Assembly (NCBI GenBank): GCA_950097015.1
Contig: CATNEN010000003.1
Span: 744,001 to 808,000, forward strand
DNA from: Macrostomum hystrix
Taxonomy: Eukaryota; Animalia; Platyhelminthes
DNA length: 64,000 nt
Direction: 5' to 3'
The notes under the pieces are model-generated. The model did not search any database. It saw nothing but the letters and a program-made list of their open reading frames with translations, and was not told the DNA's origin. The translations under genes were made by a program, and so were the position numbers. Positions 48,108 to 59,200 of the stretch are shown piece after piece (positions within the stretch are counted from its first letter, which is position 1; each line of letters opens with the position of its first letter).

Positions 48108-48461
48108 TCAAGCGTGGTTCTGCTGGCTGCCATTCAGCGGCGGGCTAAACCGTGGCAGAACGCACCAGCAGCCTTCGTCTTTGATGACGTAGGCAATCCT
48201 GACTACGGTGAACACCAGGGCGATGATTGACAGGCCTAGCAGGGAGCCGCTCCCTACCAGCATGGCTTGTGATTTCAACGTATCAATCTGCTCCGGCGTC
48301 ATAGGCCCGGTAGGTAGCTTGGCGCCGTGAATGCTGAATCTCCTACCTATGGGCAGGTCGGACTGGCTCACCAGCAGGAATCGATCAGTTGAGATGCTAT
48401 TGACACCCTGCTGAATCAGTAGCAGCTGGATAATCGGCCATAGCAGATTGAACAATGCCAT
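48108..48461 (-). CDS. Small type-I membrane protein 3 (117 aa)
   Basis: Signal peptide MALFNLLWPIIQLLLIQQGVNS; TM LVGSGSLLGLSIIALVFTVVRIAYVI; tail with CWC. Confidence 0.72.
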   Translation of the reverse strand: MALFNLLWPIIQLLLIQQGVNSISTDRFLLVSQSDLPIGRRFSIHGAKLPTGPMTPEQIDTLKSQAMLVGSGSLLGLSIIALVFTVVRIAYVIKDEGCWCVLPRFSPPLNGSQQNHA

Positions 48462-48729
48462 GCTTGATCAGTGATTCAGTCTTATGAAAAGCTATACTTA
48501 CTGTCGTACCTACTTACTCAAATTAGTTTTTTTCTTGTTAAATGCCTGTTGTAACGATCTGCTTTAACGAAATCAGTGCCGAAAAAGTCGCCAAGGTGAT
48601 TGCCAAATGGCTTTGTTAAACTTGCTACAAAAGAGCGGTCATGAAATTCGATTGGTCCCGCGGGAGCAACCAATCGGATGAGGGCATTTCCAAGAAACAT
48701 CATCTTGGATTCATTTAGGTCAATTATCT

Positions 48730-50200
48730 CCCCCAGTATGTTTTAGCCTGTAAAATAACACCTGTCCAAGTCCCAGTGTGTTTTAGCCAGAATTATCACA
48801 CCTGTCCCAGTGTGTCTTTAGCCAGCAATTATCACACCTGCCCCAGTGTGTTTTAGCCAGCAATTATCACACCTGTCCCAATGTGTCTTTAGCCAGAATT
48901 ATCATACCTGCCCAGTGTGTTTTAGCCAGAATTATCATACCTGCCCAGTGTGTTTTAGCCAGAATTATCATACCTGCCCCAGAGTGTTTTAGCCAGAATT
49001 ATCATACCTGCCCAGTGTGTTTTAGCCAGCAATTATCACACCTGCCCCAGTGTGTTTTAGCCAGAATTATCATACCTGCCCCAGTGTGTTTTAGCCAGCA
49101 ATTATCACACCTGTCCCAATGTGTCTTTAGCCAGAATTATCATACCTGCCCAGTGTGTTTTAGCCAGAATTATCATACCTGCCTAGTGTGTTTTAGCCAG
49201 AATTATCATACCTGCCCCAGAGTGTTTTAGCCAGAATTATCATACCTGCCCAGTGTGTTTTAGCCAGCAATTATCACACCTGCCCCAGTGTGTTTTAGCC
49301 AGAATTATCATACCTGCCCCAGTGTGTTTTAGCCAGCAATTATCACACCTGCCCCAGTGTGTTTTAGCCAGCAATTATCACACCTGCCCCAGTGTGTTTT
49401 AGCCAGAATTATCATACCTGCCTAGTGTGTTTTAGCCAGAATTATCATACCTGCCCCAGAGTGTTTTAGCCAGAATTATCATACCTGCCCAGTGTGTTTT
49501 AGCCAGCAATTATCACACCTGCCCCAGTGTGTTTTAGCCAGAATTATCATACCTGCCCCAGTGTGTTTTAGCCAGCAATTATCACACCTGTCCCAATGTG
49601 TCTTTAGCCAGAATTATCATACCTGCCCAGTGTGTTTTAGCCAGAATTATCATACCTGCCTAGTGTGTTTTAGCCAGAATTATCATACCTGCCCCAGAGT
49701 GTTTTAGCCAGAATTATCATACCTGCCCAGTGTGTTTTAGCCAGCAATTATCACACCTGCCCCAGTGTGTTTTAGCCAGAATTATCATACCTGCCCCAGT
49801 GTGTTTTAGCCAGCAATTATCACACCTGCCCCAGTGTGTTTTAGCCAGCAATTATCACACCTGCCCCAGTGTGTTTTAGCCAGAATTATCATACCTGCCC
49901 CAGTGTATTTTAGCCAGCAATTATCACACCTGCCCCAGTGTGTTTTAGCCAGAATTATCATACCTGCCCAGTGTGTTTTAGCCAGCAATTATCACACCTG
50001 CCCCAGTGTGTTTTAGCCAGAATTATCATACCTCCCCCAGTGTGTTTTAGCCAGCAATTATCACACCTGCCCCAGTGTGTTTTAGCCAGAATTATCATAC
50101 CTGCCCCAGTGTGTTTTAGCCAGCAATTATCACACCTGTCCCAGTGTGATTTAGCCAGTAATTATCACACCTGTCCCTGTGTTTTTTAGACGGCAATTTT
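48730..50200. repeat. 33-35-bp minisatellite (CCAGTGTGTTTTAGCCAG(C)AATTATCA(C/T)ACCTG(C)C), ~43 copies
   Basis: Direct inspection. Confidence 0.97.
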
Positions 50201-50907
50201 CACACCAGTCCCTCTGTATTTTAGTCGGCTATTGTGCAAAACATGAAACAAAGGAGCAGAAAGCAACCGAAAATATTATTTGAGATAATTTTCTTTGCAA
50301 CGCAGTTTTTTGTCGCACAAACAGCTGAAGCGCGGCATGCACACAACAAAATTAAAATTGATCATGTACAGAGTGCATAGGGCGCATGTCACACAGCGCT
50401 GCTCATAAATGAAGCGATTCGTCAGGCTAAGTGCTGTATATTTTTAGGTTAAACTGTAAATTAAGTAAATAAACTGGCATTACCAATAGTATAATAAATA
50501 GTAAAAATATGTTGAAAATACACAAACTATAGACATTTGGAACCATGAAACAGCAACTGAAGTCTAATGCTGTAATGCTAAATTTGAATGTGTTTTGAAA
50601 GGAATGTTATAAAAAATGTAAACACAATTTATACTTTAAACTGTAAAATTAATCAGTATCAGACCACAAGAGTCAGAACATGTTATTAAATTTAAAGTTT
50701 CATCCTAAATTTAACGACGCATTTATAAAACTACGAGCACTACTATAAGTAACAAAAAGGAGAATAAACACAATTATTTTTTGCTATTTCACAATAAATA
50801 AATTTCGTCACAAAAATATCATCCGTCTATTAAGATAATATTTAATTAGCACAAAAATATATATAAGTAGAAATCTACACGCTGAGTTGGAAATTTTTAG
50901 CGACGAC

Positions 50908-51125
50908 AAACACCTGTAGTATAGGGAAACACCTGAAGCGTAGGGAAAACACCTGAAGTGTAGGGAAACACCTGAAGTTAAGGGAAACACCTGAAGTTAA
51001 GGGAAACACCAGAAGTTTAGGGAAACACCTGAAGTTTAGGGAAACACCTTAAGTTTAGGGAAACACCGGAAGTGTAGGGAAACACCTGAAGTGTATGTAA
51101 ATACCTAAAATGTTGGAAACACCTA
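50908..51125. repeat. 19-bp tandem repeat (AGGGAAACACCTGAAGTT(A/T))
   Basis: Direct inspection. Confidence 0.9.
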
Positions 51126-52134
51126 AAGAATGAAGAAATGAATTAGCTGTGACCCACTTGAAGTATAACTGATCAATGCTTGCTTAGACAAAGACAACAG
51201 GACAAGTCGAATAAAATAGAATTTGATTCTTGAAAATAAAGCTTTTTAACATAATTATAACAAGAAAATAATTCCCTTTTAAGGAGTAAGGCACGGCCAC
51301 ATTAATTAGGTTCACAGATTGGTCATAAAAATAGGAATTCGGTAGACAATTTTCTTTATCTAATTTAAATTTAAAGCAGTAAGTTTAAACGCACACAAGG
51401 GGAGACAAATGAACTGTACACAAATAATAAAAGTTAGTTACTTCTTAAAACACTGTTCCCTCTTTTAAATAGCAAAATAAAAGAAAATACACCAAAATAA
51501 ACACTGCGTGCTACTACTAGTAGCCAGATTGAGAGATTTTTAACAAAATCTTTTAACAAAAGCGAAAATACGAACGATTGGTAGAATTGCAGTAAATAAT
51601 AAATAGTTACGTATATATATCATATGTGCAATGATAATAATAAAATTCGATAGGATTTTCGCAACAATTAAAATATTCACAAAATTTTGCAAACTGTCAA
51701 ATTATGGATGTCAAAACGATGCGAACAGACCACTTCTATATAACAGCCGAGTTTGTTATATAAAAAATAACCATTTGGCACCAATTTGAACTATAATCCA
51801 TAAATTGGTTAAAGCGGAATGATGATTGGTTGAATAAAAGTTGTAGATTTAAAATCACTTTAAAAACAAGAAAGCCTTCAAATATCATTTCCAATGGCCA
51901 TTTAGCAATTTCAAAAACATTTCTACAGCGATTCTATGCACACATTGGTGTTCTATTTTGATTCAGAGATAAAAGTAATTTAATAAACTCTTTTAATATT
52001 TGGATAGCAGTACACTCGCTTAATCGAAATATTTTACAACAGAATTATCGCAAGGTAATAGTTAAGGTAAGGATAGTGAAGACGGAAGGATTTGAAGGGT
52101 CCTGGAATTGACTAAAGGGTATGCAATGGGGCTC

Positions 52135-52965
52135 GGAATCGACCGAAGGAAATGCAGAAAGTGGAGAAGGAATCGACCGAAGGATATGCAGGAAGGGGAC
52201 AAGGAATCGACCGAAGAATATGCAGGAAGTGGAGAAGGAATCGACCGAAGGATATGCAGGAAGGGGACAAGGAATCGACCGAAGGATATGCAGGAAGGGG
52301 ACAAGGAATCGACCGAAGGATATGCAGGAAGTAGAGAAGGAATCGACCGAAGGATATGCAGGAAGGGGACAAGGAATCGACCGAAGGATATGCAGGAAGA
52401 GGACAAGGAATCGACCGAAGGATATGCAGGAAGTGGAGAAGGAATCGACCGAAGCATATGCAGGAAGTGGAGAAGGAATCGACCGAAGGATATGCAGGAA
52501 GGGGACAAGGAATCGACCGAAGGATATGCAAGAAGGGGACAAGGAATCGACCGAAGGATATGCAGGAAGTAGAGAAGGAATCGACCGAAGGATATGCAGG
52601 AAGGGGACAAGGAATCGACCGAAGGATATGCAAGAAGGGGACAAGGAATCGACCGAAGGATATGCAGGAAGGGGACAAGGAATCGACCGAAGCATATGCA
52701 GGAAGTGGAGAAGGAATCGACCGAAGGATATGCAGGAAGGGGACAAGGAATCGACCGAAGGATATGCAAGAAGGGGACAAGGAATCGACCGAAGGATATG
52801 CAGGAAGTGGAGAAGGAATCGACCGAAGGATATGCAGGAAGGGGACAAGGAATCGACCGAAGGATATGCAAGAAGGGGACAAGGAATCGACCGAAGGATA
52901 TGCAGGAAGTGGAGAAGGAATCGACCGAAGGAAATGCAGGAAGTGGAGAAGGAATCGACCGAAGG
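52135..52965. repeat. 34-bp tandem repeat (GGAATCGACCGAAGGATATGCAGGAAGTGGAGAA), ~24 copies
   Basis: Direct inspection; source of many spurious ORFs. Confidence 0.97.
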
Positions 52966-53209
52966 ATTCGACTAAAAAATGGAAATGGGGATTAGGAATA
53001 GACAAAAGGACATATTAGGGATTAGGAACAGATAGAAAATTCGAGAAAAAGAAGAAGGAATCGATAGAAAGGTAGTTATAGCAGAGGGTTTACAGTCCAC
53101 CATGAGTACAAAAGTTCAATTCGAACAATGATTTAAAGTACAGAGCACTCATAAAGAAAGTATCAGGCGCCGACAATGTCTGGTACGGATTAATCTTCGC
53201 AGTGTAAAT

Positions 53210-56200
53210 TCAGTCAGGCACCTGGCCATCAATCAGCTGTCCGACAATCATCACCAGGTCGCAGTTAGCCATGGGATCAGCAGCGGGCCGTCTCTCTAGG
53301 ACGGCGTTCCGATCCGCGTAGCCAAGGAAACGGTAGACTCTGTCGCGGTCGGATACCTCTTGGAGTACGCGGCCGCCAAGGAAAGCGCGGGCCTTAGCGG
53401 ATTGGGCGGAGCGAAGGTGTATTTTAATATCTATAATCTCGAAGACTTATTAAGACCTTTACCCCCAATCATAATATTTCCTCTTCCCCATACTTCATCT
53501 AGAGTCTAGACCTTTTCCCACTTTAACCATCTTCTCTACCTCATTTAGACATCTTCTACCTCTTTCGAACATTTCCCCTCTCTCCCATAGACTTTCTTCT
53601 CTTTTCCTAGACCTTCTACCCCCTTTCCTAGAATGCATTCTCCCTTACATGGACATTTTCTATTCTTCTAGACTTTAGCCTCCGCTCCCTAAGAGTTTCT
53701 CCTCCTTTCTCTCCCAGACCTCCCGTGACTTTCTTGCCTCCCTCTACTAATCTTTCTTCCTCTCTCGCTTAGACTTTCTTCCTGTTTAGTAATTTAGCAA
53801 TCTCACAAACCTGATAGCCGTGCTTATAGAAGGCCAACACAATCTCGTCCAAAACCTGGGCGCGCTCCAAAGTGAAGCCGAAGGTCAGTCGAGACAGATG
53901 CCCGTCTGGTGTGCTCGGCTTCAGCCGGCCAGTGTCCAAATCGTGCACAGTGGCCAAGCCGCGATGGCACAGCAGAACTGCCGACATGTCCAATTGGGCC
54001 AGGCTGACAACGCCGACCTCTTCGAACTGATGCTGAGAATCCGGCTGCTGCTGCTGCTGCTGCTGCTGCTCATCGTCGGACTGGGGCCATAGAAACACCC
54101 TAGCCTCCGTTCTAGCCAGATCTAATAGGCGATATCTAACAGACATAGACGAATTTGAAGAGGACGAAGAAGAAGATGCAGATCGCACAGCTCCCAGACA
54201 GGCTACGGGCAGAGCACGGCCCGGCCGGATGAGCAGTTCAAAGGTGAGCAGTGGCTGCGGCAGCCTGTGAGCTCTGGTCAGGCGGCAGGGTAGGAAAGCG
54301 CGCCGGCCCTGATCCCAGCGGAGCAGCAGGACGGAGTCGGGCAGGGCGCAGGCCAGCCAGCGCTCGCCCGTGCCCGGATGCCGCTTCACGGCCACCCGGA
54401 TGCAGCCTTTGGTGCCTGGCACTTTTGTGCCACCCCTGGTACGCTTGCCTGGCAACAGGCGACTGGCCAAGGCTTGGCGCTCCTGCGGGGTGGGAATTAG
54501 TTCGACTTGAGATGCGGTTACCGTGGCAACCAATGGGCAACTTTCTTGCCCACCTAGGCTGAGATTCGAACTCTCGACCTCTCTTTTAAAAGTACAAGGC
54601 TCTTATCACAGCTCAGCCTATATAACAGAAGGCTTGGGGGCTTGTCGCGCAATTTACGCCCTTGCGGGCCAACCTCCAGGGCACAGTGAGAGTGTGCACT
54701 GCTTGACGATAAGAAAGTTAGGGCAGATGTACACAAATGTGAGTGTGTATGCGTACGGTATCTGTGTGCGTGCGTGATCTGGAGTCAGCGAAATGGGCAG
54801 AATTGCCTCTTTGCTGGCTGTAGGTCACGTGTCACTAAATGATGTGCCATTGCTCGCAGCCGTCCCGTAATTAGTATTATTATGCCAGCAACCAACCCAA
54901 CCGCCAGCTCACCTGCAGCAGCGGACCCAAATCGAAGCGGTAGAGCTGGGGATGCTTGCCGCACAGGGCGGTGAGGACGCCGCGATGAACGAACAGCCAG
55001 AGGCAGCGCATCGGCACCAGCTGGACCATGGCGGCTTCGGGCAGCTGGCCAAGTCCCAGGCAGTAAAGGCCTTCGTTGGCGCCTAGCAACAGCAAGGGAT
55101 CATTGCCCGCAGTCACCCATTTCACAGTGTCGTTGATCTTCAACGGGCAGGACTCGAACAGCAGCTGGAGGCCGCCGGGTACGCTGACCCCGGCGCCTCG
55201 GTCTAGCAGGCTCTCCTGGCTGCCGCCGAAAGCTCGCCGGCTCATCAACGGATTGCCCGGCCGTGGAGATACTCCTACGGCTGCGGCGGCGCCACCAGGG
55301 GACACGCCTAGAGCTGCGGCCGCTGCTCCAACGCTCGCGCTGCCCCGTCGTCTGCCACCGGCTGATGCTGCAGCTGCGCCTTTGATTGCCGCCGCCGCGG
55401 CAACTGCGACTGAAGGAGATTCGTCTGTGGCGTCGATGATTTCAGCGAAAGCTGGCACAGATACAGGACGATGCAACGGCGCCGGCGGAGGCGGCAGAGG
55501 CGTCTGCGGATGCTGCAATAGCGGGCGTTGGGGCGGCTGACTGGGACGCGGCGGCGAAGGTCGAGGAGGCGCCGGCTTTGACGACGACGGAGGAGTGTCC
55601 GAGGAGGACGGAGTGCTGGCACTGGAGAATAAAAAAGTCGATTACAATAAAAAAACAAAAACAATAACATATTACACAGATTACCCTACTTGGGCAAGAT
55701 GTGCTAACGACAGCACAAATGAAGGCTGCGTTCGGCGGTTCAGTCCATGGACTGGATGGACGTTACAACCACCACCGATTACCATAGCTAATGCATTTAA
55801 CAGCTGGGTCAACTGAAGCGATGCAGAGTGCAAATTGCATATTCCAACTGCACTACTTATAGTAAAAATAAAAGCAAACACATATTTTTGCTGATAACTT
55901 TTCAGAGCCGCAGATAGGGAAGTAGGGGATCGAACACCTGACGTTAAAGTCGTGAGTCGGACGCTTTAAACACTAGGCTACAGCCCCTTGTTGTAAATTA
56001 CGATTGCGATCAAAACTTACTCGACATCAACCATTCCGGAGCTGGATGCCCACAGCAGTCCGTAGACACCTTCATCGTCAGCATCGAGAGATTCAACAGA
56101 CACACCATTGTCCATCAAATCCAGTCCATTGTCAGCTGGACTGACAACGCCGCCGCCTCCACTGTCGTCCGACGACACCGAAGATGTCGACACTGATGAC

Positions 56201-59200
56201 AAAGGGGATTGACGATGACTCTCAGGAATAGGTTCCGGTCTGTTCAGCGGCTGCTGCTTCTGCTGCTGCTGTCGAGACGGCTGAGGCGTGGCAGTTATCT
56301 GCGAGACGGACAGAGGTCGCTCAACTGGCATTGGCGTCCTCGGAGCTCCGCGCGATGGCGCCGGACGCTCCCGTTGTTGTACTTGAGGCGGCGGCTGCGG
56401 CTGTGGCTGCGGTTGTGGCGGCTTCTGCTGTTGTTGCTCAACTAGCTGATGCTGCTGCTGCTGCTGCTGCTGCTTTTGCCTTCCTTGCTGCAGTTCTTGC
56501 GCTTCAGGCAAGACACCTCCGGCTCTGTAAAGTTATCAGTGAGTAAAATATTTTTATTTGCTTTTATTTTTACTTTAAGTAGTGCAGCAAGAATACGGCA
56601 CTTGAAAATTCGAAAAAAACTGTACGAACCTGCTGGCCTTTAGCAGCTGTTCAAAACTGCTGTGCTGTCGCCGACAAGCCTCTTGAAACTGTCGCAACAG
56701 TGCCACGGTGAGGTGTTCGCCGAGAGCAGGACTGACCAGAAACTGGTGACTCAACAGGTCGCCGGCGGCCGGCCTATTTCTAGGATTCATTCTCAGGGTG
56801 GCCTTTAAAAAGTCGTGAAACGCGGCAGACCAGGCGGCTTTGTCGCGCAGTCGAGCCGGTTTAAACCGGCTGGTGGTCATCAGCTGCAGCGCCTTCAAAG
56901 GCTGCATGTTGAATAGCGGCGGCTCTAGTTCAGCTAGCTCGATGGCCGTGATGCCAACCGACCAGATGTCGCAGCGCTCATCGTAGCCGCCCTTCCGCTT
57001 CACGTCAGCGATCTGAAGGGATTTAGGGGATAAATTTTAAGTCTGGTTTCTTTATCTGAAGGAATTACGATAAAGGTGTAGGATCTGATGGGTTGACGAT
57101 AAGGGTTTGGGATCTGATGGGTTGACGATAAGGGTTTGGGATCTGATAGGTTGACGATAAGGGTTCGGGATCTGATGAGTTGACGGTAAAGGTTTGGGAT
57201 CTGATGAGTTGACGATAAGGGTTCGGGATCTGATGAGTTGACGGTAAAGGTTTGGGATCTGATGAGTTGACGATAAGGGTTTGGGATCTGATGAGTTGAC
57301 GATAAGGGTTTGGGATCTGATGAGTTGACGATAAGGGTTTGGGATCTGATGAGTTGACGGTAAAGGTTTGGGATCTGATGAGTTGACGATAAGGGTTTGG
57401 GATCTGATGAGTTGACGATAAGGGTTTGGGATCTGATGAGTTGACGATAAGGGTTTGGGATCTGATGAGTTGACGATAAGGGTTTGGGATCTGATGGGTT
57501 GATGATTAGAGTTTAGGATCTGAAGGAATTTTGATAAGGGTTTAGGATCTGAAGGAATTTTGATAAGGGTTTAGGATCTGATGGATTAATGATTATGGTT
57601 TGGGATCTGAGGGAGAAAAGAGGGACCATAGAATCTGAGGAATTCATGACAGGATGTGAATTCATATGGGATTTAACATATCCACATGGACACAGACCTC
57701 TGGCGCCATCCAGTACGGTGTGCCAATGAAGGACATCCGTTTGCCGAGAGTCTCGGTGATCTGGGCGGAGATGCCAAAGTCGGCCAGTTTGACTCGGCCC
57801 TCGGTTGTCAGCAGAATGTTGGCGCCCTTGATGTCTCGATGAATCTGGTGCTTGGCGTGCATGTGCATGAGGCCACGGACCACTTCGCGCGAGATGAAAG
57901 CGATCACAGATTCTTCCAGAGGGCGCCGTGTCGTGGTGTAGATATCCTGCGGCGTGGACAGATCATGGGATCAATTTGTGAATTCGGGAATTCGACTCAG
58001 GAATAGGAATAAAATCCCAATGACTCAGGAACAATTGAGTAGTCTAGAAGAATGGGAATAAAATCCTAATCACTCAGCAACAATTGAGTCGTCTAGAAGA
58101 ATGGGAATAAAATCCTAATCACTCAGCAACAATTGAGTCGTCTAGAAGAATGGGAATAAAATCCTAATCACTCAGCAACAATTGAGTAGTCTAGAAGAAT
58201 GGGAATAAAATCCCAATGACTCAGGAACAATTGAGTAGTCTAGAAGAATGGGAATAAAATCCTAATCACTCAGCAACAATTGAGTAGTCTAGAAGAATGG
58301 GAATAAAATCCCAATTACTTAGCAACAATTGAGTAGTCTAGAAGAATGGGAATAAAATCCCAATTACTTAGCAACAATTGAGTAGTCTAGAAGAATGGGA
58401 ATAAAATCTTAATCACTCAGCAACAATATAGTCTAGAAGAATGGGAATAAAATCCCAATTGGTAAGAAAATTTTATTTAAGATAAATATTTGTTGATGTT
58501 TAAAAATCACCCTTAGCAGCTAAACAAAAGTATGTTTGGGCAATGAAAATGGAAAATTTCTTATTTATAAGGACAGAATAAAATTCAGAAACAAACAAAA
58601 ACAAGAAGCAAAGACCTACCTGTAAAGACTTGCCACCGCAGTATTCCATAGCCAGCCAAAGGTTGAGATGATTCAGCATGCGATTCTCAGTGAGGTAGGC
58701 GCCATAGAATTCCACAATATTGGCGTGGCGGCATTCTCGCAGCACATACAACTCGGTTAGAATGCTTTTCAGATCATCTTTGGGGTCGATTTTGACGCAC
58801 TTCAACGCAGCATAAAGGCCAGTCAGACGATTCTTAGCCTACATTTTCAATGATATTCATTGCTAATTAGGGTTGACATTTTTACCTTATTTAATTTTCT
58901 AACTATTACAAAACAAAACTTATCTAGACACATTGCTTCAGTTCAGCCAGCTGTTTAGCTAATTTGTATCAACTTTGGTTGAGGGTGATTATGACACTGG
59001 CCTAGTCCATGGATTGAATAGCTACAGCTATGACACTGGCTAAACACTTGGCCTTAATTGACAAATTATTGTTATAAAATACTAAGTAGGCCCTTAGCTA
59101 CCCACGATCAAGCTAAAGGAAGCCCAGTGATTACAGTTTTGGAATTCTGGCTGCTAAAGTCAACATTTAAAATCTATGCTGAATAGAAGCAATTTATAAT

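Noticed and set aside
52045-53018. Long ORFs on both strands
   Set aside because: Artefacts of the 34-bp tandem repeat.
54483-54553. Apparent frameshift in MAP4K if the acceptor at 54553 is used
   Set aside because: A better acceptor (CTAAT branch, CCCCGCAG) before 54482 keeps the frame.
57065-57500. CTGATGA-GTTGAC-GATA in the 29-bp repeat looks like a minimal hammerhead core
   Set aside because: It has GATA instead of GAAA, and stems I and III with an NUH site cannot form.
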